35,744 nt of DNA from Octopus bimaculoides (GCF_001194135.2 NC_068982.1:82800404-82836147); one strand, 5' to 3'; positions 23,698 to 34,831 are shown, numbered from the stretch's first letter. Numbers and translations: made by a program. Notes: a model not told the origin generated them from the letters alone.

Positions 23698-24025
23698 TTT
23701 TATTAGTCGTTCCATTTATTTTTATAGCAACCCATTTTATTTGTTGTGAGACACGNNNNNNNNNNNNNNNNNNNNNNNNNNNNNNNNNNNNNNNNNNNNN
23801 NNNNNNNNNNNNNNNNNNNNNNNNNNNNNNNNNNNNNNNNNNNNNNNNNNNNNNNNNNNNNNNNNNNNNNNNNNNNNNNNNNNNNNNNNNNNNNNNNNNN
23901 NNNNNNNNNNNNNNNNNNNNNNNNNNNNNNNNNNNNNNNNNNNNNNNNNNNNNNNNNNNNNNNNNNNNNNNNNNNNNNNNNNNNTATATATATATATATA
24001 TATATGCATGTATGTATTATGTATG

Positions 24026-24722
24026 TATGATGCTGATGGCCGTCCATTCGTGACTGAGGAAGACCATTGGTGACCTTTAGGAACATTATGCACTCTAGGA
24101 CTAACTTGCATTTTGCATTTGGAGCTCTGTTGGTGGCTAATGAGCCCTGCTCTTGACAAGCATACACGACTGCATACATTGCAATTCAAGCTTTCCCCAT
24201 TCACTACACTAGAAGTGTGCTTTCGAGCAGCACGCTTAAATTCTTCATGCAGAATAGTCGACACCATCCTTACCCAGCTTCCTCCGTCTGTGGTGATGAC
24301 AGGCATTGCTCTCCCAGTCAGTCTCCTGCATATCACAGGCCTTTAATGAAGACTTGACAATCCTTAAATCGCAGCCTTGGTTTCTGCCGGGGTCTCTTTC
24401 CACATCTCTTTAGGGATCCTGCTTTCCTTCATTCTAATAAGGTGTCCAGCCCAACGTAACCGGTGCTTGTGCGCCATCGCCTCAATACTCAAAGATATTA
24501 GCCGTCCCCAAGACCTGTGTGTCTGGAGTTTCTAAGGTCCAGCCAGCATTCAGAATGTGTCTCAGACATCTCTGATGAAAGCGTTCAAGGGCCCTTACAT
24601 GACGTTTGCAAAGGGTCCATGTATCACATGAGTAAAGGAGCGATGTCAGTACACATGCACGGTATACAGCAATTTTTGTTTGCTTTTTGATTCCATGCTG
24701 GGACCAGACATGAACCTGAAGA
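24026..24722 (-). mobile_element. RTE-clade LINE 3' fragment with C-terminal C2H2-like finger
   Basis: Reads VWSQHGIKKQTKIAVYRACVLTSLLYSCDTWTL..ERFHQRCLRHIL, then HRLRWAGHLIRM, then CNVCSRVCLSRAGLISHQ. It ends in a CATCAGCATCAT tail. Confidence 0.9.
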
Positions 24723-25136
24723 GATCTGGCCCTGTGGAGCAAATTCTCGATGCACAATACCACATTTCCGGGGATGATGCTCGTGGCAGGTTTTCCTGCT
24801 CATCGTCTTCCAGGGACGTTCTTCCGCTTTTGAAGCGCCCATGCTATTCGAAACAGTGTGTACGAGCCATTGCCTCGTTTCCGTAAGTTTGCTGAAGCAT
24901 GCTCAGACTTTCCTAGTTTAACGCAAACGGTGGCTCTTTGTCAGTAACAAAATCACAGACTCTAGCATACACGTGATTATAAAAGCACAAATTTCACAAC
25001 TTGCGAAATAATCACAGCAACGTCACTCGGCAGATTACCGCATAAAGGTCTCTGCTAGCTTTCACTAGGCACGCAACTATGTACTGTCATCTGGTGCACT
25101 ACAGAACTAGTCCGGAAACTTTCTGATACCACCTCG
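24723..25136 (-). mobile_element. Internally deleted mariner transposon, 5' part
   Basis: Minus strand begins TA|CGAGGTGGTATCAGAAAGTTTCCGGACT (TIR). It reads MLQQTYGNEAMARTHCFE*HGRFKSGRTSLEDDE, joined directly to GIVHREFAPQGQ from the catalytic domain. Confidence 0.85.
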
Positions 25137-25149
25137 TATGTATGTATCT

Positions 25150-25345
25150 GCATGCGTGTCTTTGTATCGGTGTTTGTCCCCACCACCATCACTGTAACGT
25201 AGTGGTGCGGCAAAAGAGACCGCTAGAATAAGTACAAGGTTTTTAAAAACAAATGATAAGTCTTGGGATCGATTTGTAGAGAAAAAAACTCTTCAAAGTG
25301 GTGACCAGCATGTCCGCAGTTAAATGACTGAAATAAGTAAAAAAA
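25150..25345 (+). mobile_element. SINE 3' half (second family)
   Basis: Reads GTTTGTCCCC..GGCAAAAGAGACCGCTAGAATAAGTAC..CCAGCATGTCCGCAGTTAAATGACTGAAATAAGTAAAA. It is homologous to the reverse complement of 33140-33310. Confidence 0.75.
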
Positions 25346-25660
25346 AAAAAAGATATATATGGTGTGTGTATGTGTGTGTGAGAGAGAGAGAGGAAGCTGT
25401 TTGTATAGCTACATCATATTTAGCTATCTCGTCTATAAGTACATAGCTACGTATGAGTGATTAGACCCAGTTTTCCAAAATATAATCAAGCATGGAAAAC
25501 ACTAAGCAAAAAAGAAAACGAAAAGAAAAAAGAGAAATGTGGAAGACATCGATCGAAGATATTTTTACTTTCGCCTACTTTTGATATTGGCTGATTGATC
25601 CTTCATTTCCTTCTTTACTTTTTCTATTAGCAATTTTAATAAATATCGTGCGCGCGTGTA

Positions 25661-25704
<44 letters not shown>

Positions 25705-27124
25705 TACACAGACGTGTGTATCAGTAAATGAATAAACGAGTCGGGCACACCTGCGCCTACCCTGATCTCACACACCATTCATTTATGTGCAAAACACCAA
25801 AATGCACATGAGAAACCTCAAATACCAAAGACCCAAAGAAATTGCTCCTATCAAACTGTCTCTTCTTATCAACAATTTCAGAGAATGCTGGAAACATTAC
25901 ACACGTACACGCACGCACACACGTACACGCACACGCGCGCGCACACAGAAAAGATAAACGTTGAAGGCGTCATATACAATACGTTCACCCCGTTTACAAC
26001 ACACAAAAACGACGTAGAAAAGAAAGCAAACGATGAATAAACTCAGTGTACTCACATTGACCCCAGTTTAGCTCAAAGCATAGAACAACAAGATGGAACT
26101 TAATAATATAATATTTGTCAATAATATTTTATTAGTTTCACCATGGATTATTAAAACGTGCTAAGTGCATAAAACGATCCAAGAAGTATTGTCACTGGAA
26201 ATACAAAAGATACACTTGATTGCCTGAGGAAATTCCTCAAAGTCTTTGCCACTAAAAGCAGAATCACCCCAAATAACAGATATATTTATAAACACGACTC
26301 AAGTTGCTTGGTTGCTTTATTAAACAGACACATTTACAACACTAGAAAACACAATAATAGTGTTTTGTGATATTATAGATGATTCTGTTTAGTAGTCATT
26401 GATGCTGTTGTTATTTTTGTCATTATGAATAGATAGAAGAAGAATCTGTGTGTTCTTAAGACAGTGTTTTAATATCTTTGTAAAGTATTATAACTTTGTC
26501 GGTCTGTCCTCACATACAGACCAACTCCAGATAGTCTTGTTGGTCATATGCTGTAAGACCCATATAATATTTATTATTCTCTCTGACAACGTAGCATAAA
26601 TACAGAAGAACCTAACAGAAAAACTTGCTAAATTTTACATGGACATTGATATGATGCAAGTGATGTTAAGAAGGGGTAATGGTGTCTATATGTAGCTAAT
26701 GGTTCATTGCTTTTATTGTCTTCGGGACATTGAACAAGAGTTTAAGAAGAGAACAAGGAAGAACAAAAGGCTATTTTAAGTGTTCGACATTTGCTGCTAT
26801 ATATTTATATTTGTATCGAAATCTTGACTGTTTGGATCTCACAAAAAATAAGGATCGCCTCCCAACCTGGGGAGCCTCTACAAGGTGTTTCTCTTAAGAC
26901 TGCAAATTTAAGGGTTTCGTTCAGAGCATATCCGACTGCCATACCGAATTTTACAAATATCTTTAGGAAAAGGACGGCATTTTTCTTTTGCCGGTCGATC
27001 CTGCAATAATCTTCACACCTCTTGTGGTCTGGTAACATAATTTATCATGAACACATCGAAAAAATGTAATCTGGTCAACTGGAGTCAAACATTCCAGATA
27101 ATTACATCAGCGCACATATCATAT

Positions 27125-27850
27125 ACCCAGGCCTATTCCCCATTTTTTCATAGGAGGGGTAGCCACAGCAAGACACACATCAGGCATTCCATTCATTTCC
27201 CAGCTTAAAGGGGCGTTCTATGCTCAGGTCAAGGCATAGAACGCAACCCCGAATATCAGCAGCGGGGCCCGACAGCATATGCTGGTTTACCCCCGCCGTA
27301 TCATGTTGGTTTCGTACCCCCTTGAGCAACATTAAAATTCATTCGTCCGTCCACAAACACTCTCCAAGCTTTCCTATCATTTATAAACTCTCTTGGTTCT
27401 CTCACTACAGCACCTTTAACTACCAAAGCTTTCCCCACTCCATCCACCCACACAAACCGAGGTCTACCTCTGGTTCTGCTGCCTACCACTTCAGTCTTCA
27501 TCACCCTCCTTACCATCCTCTCCTCATCCATCCTCTCAATGTGGCTAAACCATCTCAACATTCGTCTATCCAATTTAGTTAGCTTCTCTTTTATTCCTGC
27601 TCATCTTTGCACCTCCTCATTCCTCATCCTGTCCATACGTGTCACACCAACCATAGCTCTCAGACATCTCATCTCAAAATATCTAGTCGTCTCCTTTCCG
27701 CCTTTCTCAGCACCCACGTCTCTGCACTATATAACATTGTCAGCACAATCACGCCCTTATACACACATCTTTCGCTTTCATACTCAACCTTTTATCTCTC
27801 AGCATACCTTTCACAACTCGAAGTATCATACCCCCTCCCTCACTCTGAAG
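27125..27850 (-). mobile_element. RTE-clade LINE 3' fragment with 3' UTR
   Basis: Reads VYKGVIVLTMLYSAETWVLRKAERRRLDI(fs)EMRCLRAMVGVTRMDRMRNEEV..RMLRWFSHIERMDEERMVRRV..GSRTRGRPRFVWVDGV..DRKAWR. Confidence 0.9.
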
Positions 27851-29026
27851 GTTAATCAGGACACAAAAATAGAAAATGTCAAGATTATACAAAGTTCATC
27901 CTTCAAATGTAACATTGTATCCTTAATTTACATTTACTAGATTCATCAAACATATCTTTGTAATGAATATAACACTGTCTGACTAGACTGTAGTGTTTCT
28001 ATGTTCGTAAGAGCTCAATAATTGTGGTAACTTTTTTTTCTTAATGGAAGGATACAATAATTCAGTTTTGGAAAATGTTCGAGAGAAAAACAAATTACAA
28101 GACACTCATTTTATGATAGCATCGTATCTAGAACGATGTCGGACGCTTCGATGTTAGTGAATAGATTGCAGCAGTCAACAAACTGAAGGCAAGTTTTTTT
28201 TTAGACTTTACCAGTTTTAAACCACAAACAACCTTTTGAGGAATAAAAAAAAGTGGTACTTTTTATTAAGAGAATTAGTTTATCAGAAAACATGGCACCT
28301 GTTTCTAGTCATAAACTTGCAATCCAAAGAATGCTTTTTTAAAATTCGCTTTTAGAAAAATATATATGAAAACATTTGAGAAAAAACAGTTTTTGTTTCA
28401 TGATCCGGAATGCAGTGACCAAGGTAACTTGTGTGCTTTATATTGATCTTGCTAAAATGTTGAGATATGATCTCGATCAACTTATCATTGATTGACGGTG
28501 GGAAAGTACCAGGAAGAATCTAAGTTGTTGGGAAATCAATGACAGGGCTTCGTTCATCATTTTCCTATCTTGTTACTATAAACCTGACTATTCGATGATG
28601 AGTTACTCAGTTCTATAGTACTTTCTGGGATTAGTTTTACAATCGCCCACCGAGTATCTTCGAGTAGATGTAGCTTTACATTTAAAGTTAAATTACTGAA
28701 ATGAACAACAAGTTGAACCATTAGGCAAGCAAAATTTAACCACACTACAAATGTTTCAAAGCAATTAAATTTAAATTCTCGTGAAGAATATCGAGACGTG
28801 TAAGTCTGTCAGAGACTCTGTATAACCAACAGCGAAAGATGTCTGTACAACTGTATAACATATCTAATATAAGCATCACATATTCTCGTAATGTTGATGT
28901 CATCATAAAGTCGACCTTGAATGGCTAAGCCATTGAGTTTGGCAATATCGGTTCGGATAGTTATGAGAGCTTCCATTGTTAAGTGAACCTTATATTAATC
29001 ACAATAATAGTTGTAGGAGACAAAGA

Positions 29027-29155
<129 letters not shown>

Positions 29156-29995
29156 GAATGCTTAGTTATCTGATTTTGTCAAGATAACTGGTCTTTTATT
29201 TTCTTTCTCTCAATGGTGACTGGTGGCATCTCTTTGCTGCTATGTCTATAAATATCTACACGAAACACCTCCAAGAAACAGTTGCTGAAATTATTCCCTG
29301 TTTGATGCCCTATTTCTTAACACTTGTACTGCTATTTACCAAAGACATACTGCTTAGAAACCAAATAATTCTTTTCAGATAAATCCAATACTCTGTCCTG
29401 CAATATTAGGTTTCCAAGCCTATTGCTTTACTTTCGAGTTGTCTGAAATTATTTCAGAATTGAAAGTTTCCATAATCGAATTTCTTGTGAATTGTTGAAG
29501 GGGAACTTTTTGAAGATGCATTGTTTAACCAGAAGTCTTCAGTTTGAAAGTAAATAATCCAAGAATTCTCTTGGCTGTTGCTTGCCGAGGGTAATATATA
29601 GATAACCCTTAGTTTATCGCCATCGAAGTTTGTGAGAGTATGTAACTTGTTGGGGTCAGGAATATAGGCAACACGATTTATAATGGTATGTAACCAATGT
29701 TTGAATTCCAAAGAATTAAACACCAATTGAAAGGAATTGTGTTGAGTCGACATAGAACTTTGTCCCTATTTAATTCGTGGAATAAACTAACTAGAAAAAT
29801 TAATAATTCTTAAAAAACTGTATTGCGAGATTTTATTTAGCGAATGGTGTTCCAGTTCAATACGTAAAGGAGAGAACTTGCACTTTCCATGAGAAATTGT
29901 TGAAGGAAAATAGAATCATGACATACTTAACTAATACACCATACACACTGAATACTACAGCATATACACTAATACCCATATTGTACACATTATAT

Positions 29996-30044
<49 letters not shown>

Positions 30045-30332
30045 CACTATAAACACGATTTAATTCCCACTGCATACCACACCACACCATGTACACTCTA
30101 TACTATAACACCTATACAACATACCTCCTCTACTTCATCTTTAGTATGTCATCAACAATACCCAGTACATACATTATGCAAAACCACGCACACCACGCCG
30201 ACACCAACGATTAATAGCAGAACATAGCACAATAACTTCAGAGAAAGAAACAGCTTCAAAGACTTGTTAAATCTGTAAAGATTTTTCTTGCTTCCGTCGT
30301 TGTATTCAATTTTTCGTTGATATCCAACGCAC

Positions 30333-30356
30333 GTGGGATCATATCACGCACAGCAC
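30333..30356 (-). CDS. Candidate 24-nt symmetric (phase 1-1) microexon
   Basis: Minus strand reads TTATTCTTTTCTTCTTGTGCGCAG|GT GCT GTG CGT GAT ATG ATC CCA C|GTGCGT. Only the phase-1 frame is open, and it could alternatively run to TGA near 30257. Confidence 0.2.
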
Positions 30357-30984
30357 CTGCGCACAAGAAGAAAAGAATAACTAGGAATGACTAGGTTTAT
30401 GTACGAACGTATATCTGTATGTGGCATGTTTGAATATGTTTGCGTGTTTGTATGTGTATGTGTGTGTAAGTGTGTAGGAGTATGCGTATATATTAGTAAA
30501 TTAATGTAGTCGGTTATGTATTTTTACGCATATATGTGGATGTATTTAAACATATACATCAAACACACACACATACACATGAATGCATATTAATGTCATG
30601 TAGGAGCCTTAAATATAGTAACATTTTGTTGTAAATTTTCTAACATCTGATACAGAACTCAATACACTGGCCACAATGGACAGATATATTTGCTTTTAAA
30701 AACTGTTGAAAGTGTACTCAGAGTTTCACTCTGAGTGGATTATTCCCGACTGTCGTGAGTATCAACTTTTGTTTGTTGCATATACAGTGTGGGTGTGTCA
30801 AAAGAATACCAGTAGGAATATAAGAAACATCGATTCTAATTGACATCATTCCACCCCTTCTTCAATCTATCCGTCCATATACAAACATATATACTTACAT
30901 ACGTATATATGTACGTACACACACAGACACGCGCGCGCATACACACAGACCACACACACACACACATACACACACATGCACACA

Positions 30985-31028
30985 CAATTGAACCATGTGA
31001 GAGTATGTACTCTCACATGGTTCAATTG
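30985..31028. repeat. Perfect 21-bp-arm palindrome with 2-nt spacer
   Basis: CAATTGAACCATGTGAGAGTA-TG-TACTCTCACATGGTTCAATTG. Confidence 0.95.
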
Positions 31029-31054
31029 AACAGAAAACAAATGACAAAGAAAAG

Positions 31055-31088
31055 TCTGTGACGTTTCGAGTCTACGTTCTTCGACAAA
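31055..31088 (-). ncRNA. Degenerate minimal hammerhead-like motif
   Basis: Minus strand reads TTTGT-CGAAGA-ACGTAGACTC-GAAA-CG-TC-ACAGA. Stem I has 5 bp and ACGT is a palindromic stem III, but core U4 is missing and stem II barely pairs. Confidence 0.3.
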
Positions 31089-31698
31089 TACGGATGAGAG
31101 GGAAAGAAGGAGAGAGAGAAAGAAGTGTGTCAGGATAAACGGTTCAACATGATAAAATGACCGGAAGAAAGAGGCCAAGTGAAGGGGAGATAACAGTGAC
31201 CAGGCTGAACTAGGGTGCGCCAGCGAAGCGTTGTATGTGAGTGTGTATGTGTATGGGGGGCGAGCGCATGCGTATTATATGAGCTTATGTGTGCGTATTG
31301 GAGGGTGTATGTGTATGTGTATTAGTAAACCAGTGCGTGTTGTGTGGAGTGACGTGTGTTTCGTGTATGTATGCGCGCAGGCGGGCGTGTGTGTGTGGAC
31401 TATGTATATGTGTGAGAGTGTGAGAAGCTGTGTATAGTATATGTGTATGAGGCTGTATGGGTGAAGCAGTGTGAGTGAGGCTATCAGATGTGTGTATGTG
31501 TGTGTGTATGCGTGTATATGTGTGTGTATGCGTGTATATGTGTGTGTATGTGCAGATGGTTATGCCTATTAGTCGATGTGCGCTTGTGTGACTTGTGTGT
31601 GTGTTTGTGCTTTAAGTATGTGCTTGATCCTACAGTGTGCATATGTATTGTGTGTGTTTAAACACGAAAATTGTATGCGTGTTATATATATATATATA

Positions 31699-31799
<101 letters not shown>

Positions 31800-31989
31800 T
31801 AGAAAATGGACGATAATATGCTGTACCCAACGACTTGCAGACAGTGTATCCCGTTGAATTCTTTAACTTAATTTGTAACTAAAGTGACAAAAAACCACAA
31901 AGTACAAGTGTTTATGACAAACCATGTTATATTGACAACCGGGTTTACAAATAAAAGTACATAAGGAATTTGAGAATAAACATACACTT

Positions 31990-32118
31990 AATCTTACAGC
32001 TGTTTCGGCCTAGCGTTAGCATGCCCCATTCTAACCGAATAGCTTTTGCCGGAGTAATTAGTGGATGAAATGCTGAAATGGGGGTACATGCACGACTCGC
32101 TAGGCCTCTTCAGAGATT
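31990..32118 (-). ncRNA. Type I hammerhead ribozyme with intact core and 100-nt stem II
   Basis: Minus strand reads AATCT-CTGAAGA-GGCCTAGCG-(82 nt)-CGCTAGGCC-GAAA-CAGCTG-TA/AGATT. Stem I has 5 bp, the base of stem II has 9 perfect bp, stem III is the palindrome ACAGCTGT and the cleavage triplet is GUA. Confidence 0.85.
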
Positions 32119-32864
32119 CACAAAAAATTCCATACAAAAATACAGTAAGAGATAAAAACAAAAATGAAATAGAAATAAAAACAAAAACAAAAACAAAAAT
32201 AAAAATAAGGTTACAGCAAGAATAAAATAAAAAGTAAATAAATAAAAAATGAAAATATAGCATATAAAAAATATAAAAATATAAAAATATAAGGCACATA
32301 AAAAGCCTATAAACAGTACATGAGGTCATACAAATAGCTATAGACACTCCAATATATAAGTCCGTATGCATAACCATATTTAGATGTTCAATGATTCAAG
32401 ATCATATATATATATATATGTGAGTACACATGTGTGTCTATATCCATCTATCCCCTCACACATACGTATACATATACAAATATGTATACACAGGCATTCT
32501 CCTACGTACATGGTCCCTGGTACCAACGGTATCTAGTGTGTTTCGAAGGCTGTCTATGTTTTTTTTTTAATTTTGCTGAGTGTGTGCGTGTCAATTCTGT
32601 ATATTTTGGATGGGTTTATGTGGAAGTTCATTTCGTAGGAGTTATTAATATTCTAGTAGCAATAACAGTGATAATGATGATGATGATAACAACAACAACA
32701 ACAATAATAATAATATGCCAAACTTTCTAACTTTGCGGTGTAGGATATCCTGTTACTTCTTCCAGCGGGTAATAGGTTCTGCTGCTATTTGGGGAGGGTT
32801 AATTTCTCCCATCTAATTGGACAACTATTGTGACGGTGATTTTATTAAGAGACTTTTTCTTTAA

Positions 32865-33135
32865 GTCTTCAACAAAGTAAAGCAGCAGAAACTAGGGGTC
32901 TTCATTCGGAAGGGGAAGAAGTGAACAAATTTTGTGTTAGATTTGCTCTTGTTCTTTAAAAGTTGGCGTATCCCCGTTACTGATTTTTAGTGCAAAGTAA
33001 GTTATCTGCAAAAGATATATTTCTCTGTTGTTTTTTTTATAAAATGCATGGATTCCTCAGTTGCGGAATTAAGAAGCTGTTTTCGAAGTTCTGGTGTCTC
33101 AGTCGATTAACTTTTCTATCAGAACAGCACATTGC
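32865..33135 (-). mobile_element. Helitron RepHel N-terminal fragment, decayed
   Basis: Reads AMCCSDRKV..EESMHF(fs)..LQITYF..TPTFKEQEQI*HKICSLLPLPNEDP*FLLLYFVED. This matches the Helitron pattern MCCxxGKV..ESxHF..FQMTSF..PTFKxQGQxYHxIGSLLPxPNExPKFLQIYF. Confidence 0.75.
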
Positions 33136-33139
33136 ACTT

Positions 33140-33310
33140 GTTCTTTTATTCTTTTATTCGTTTCACTGCAGCCCTGTTGGAGCACCGCCTTAAAGGGTTC
33201 TAATCGAAGAAATTGACCCCAGGACCTATTCTTTGTAAGCCTAGTACTTATTCTATCAGTCTCTTTTGGTCTCTTAAGGGTACATAAACACACCAGCATC
33301 GGTTGTCAAG
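33140..33310 (-). mobile_element. SINE 3' half (second family)
   Basis: Reverse complement reads CTTGACAACCGATGCTGGTGTGTTTA..GATAGAATAAGTACTAGGCTTACAAAGAATAGGTCCTGGGGTC..GGCGGTGCTCCAAC. It is homologous to 25150-25345. Confidence 0.8.
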
Positions 33311-33386
33311 TCACAAACACACACACATACACACACACATACACACACACATATACAAACATACATACATATATACATATATACAT

Positions 33387-33437
<51 letters not shown>

Positions 33438-34628
33438 AATAAAAGGGTAAAGGATTATCAATTTATTAATTTATTAATAAATTAATAATTAATAATTTTT
33501 ACCAAGCCCTTCGGTATGTAAACACCATTATCGGGGAAGAACTTATTTAAAAGTTCTTATACATTTATAAACATAATTAAGGGATCAGCAATAGTTGCTT
33601 CACCACATACCGAAGTTCAGAAATAGCAGCTAAAGTGCTGAAACTCCAACAGATAGCAGTACTTGTAACTCACAAAGGCAAAACAAGNNNNNNNNNNNNN
33701 NNNNNNNNNNNNNNNNNNNNNNNNNNNNNNNNNNNNNNNNNNNNNNNNNNNNNNNNNNNNNNNNNNNNNNNNNNNNNNNNNNNNNNNNNNNNNNNNNNNN
33801 NNNNNNNNNNNNNNNNNNNNNNNNNNNNNNNNNNNNNNNNNNNNNNNNNNNNNNNNNNNNNNNNNNNNNNNNNNNNNNNNNNNNNNNNNNNNNNNNNNNN
33901 NNNNNNNNNNNNNNNNNNNNNNNNNNNNNNNNNNNNNNNNNNNNNNNNNNNNNNNNNNNNNNNNNNNNNNNNNNNNNNNNNNNNNNNNNNNNNNNNNNNN
34001 NNNNNNNNNNNNNNNNNNNNNNNNNNNNNNNNNNNNNNNNNNNNNNNNNNNNNNNNNNNNNNNNNNNNNNNNNNNNNNNNNNNNNNNNNNNNNNNNNNNN
34101 NNNNNNNNNNNNNNNNNNNNNNNNNNNNNNNNNNNNNNNNNNNNNNNNNNNNNNNNNNNNNNNNNNNNNNNNNNNNNNNNNNNNNNNNNNNNNNNNNNNN
34201 NNNNNNNNNNNNNNNNNNNNNNNNNNNNNNNNNNNNNNNNNNNNNNNNNNNNNNNNNNNNNNNNNNNNNNNNNNNNNNNNNNNNNNNNNNNNNNNNNNNN
34301 NNNNNNNNNNNNNNNNNNNNNNNNNNNNNNNNNNNNNNNNNNNNNNNNNNNNNNNNNNNNNNNNNNNNNNNNNNNNNNNNNNNNNNNNNNNNNNNNNNNN
34401 NNNNNNNNNNNNNNNNNNNNNNNNNNNNNNNNNNNNNNNNNNNNNNNNNNNNNNNNNNNNNNNNNNNNNNNNNNNNNNNNNNNNNNNNNNNNNNNNNNNN
34501 NNNNNNNNNNNNNNNNNNNNNNNNNNNNNNNNNNNNNNNNNNNNNNNNNNNNNNNNNNNNNNNNNNNNNNNNNNNNNNNNNNNNNNNNNNNNNNNNNNNN
34601 NNNNNNNNNNNNNNNNNNNNNNNNNNNN

Positions 34629-34670
<42 letters not shown>

Positions 34671-34676
<6 letters not shown>

Positions 34677-34831
34677 GACTTCTACCAAATTCCGTCTACC
34701 AAATTCACTCAAGGCTTTGGTTGGTCCGAGACCACAGTAGAAGGCACTTGCCCAAAGTGCCACGTAGTGGGACTGAGCCCGGAACCATGTGATTGGGAAA
34801 CAAGCTTCTTACCATACAGTCAGGCCTATGC
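34671..34831 (-). mobile_element. tRNA-derived SINE 5' half
   Basis: Minus strand has A-box-like GACTGTATGGTAAGAAGC, B-box-like GGCTCAGTCCC, then TTTGGGCAAGTGCCTTCTAC. It runs into (TA)n and the N gap. Confidence 0.8.
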
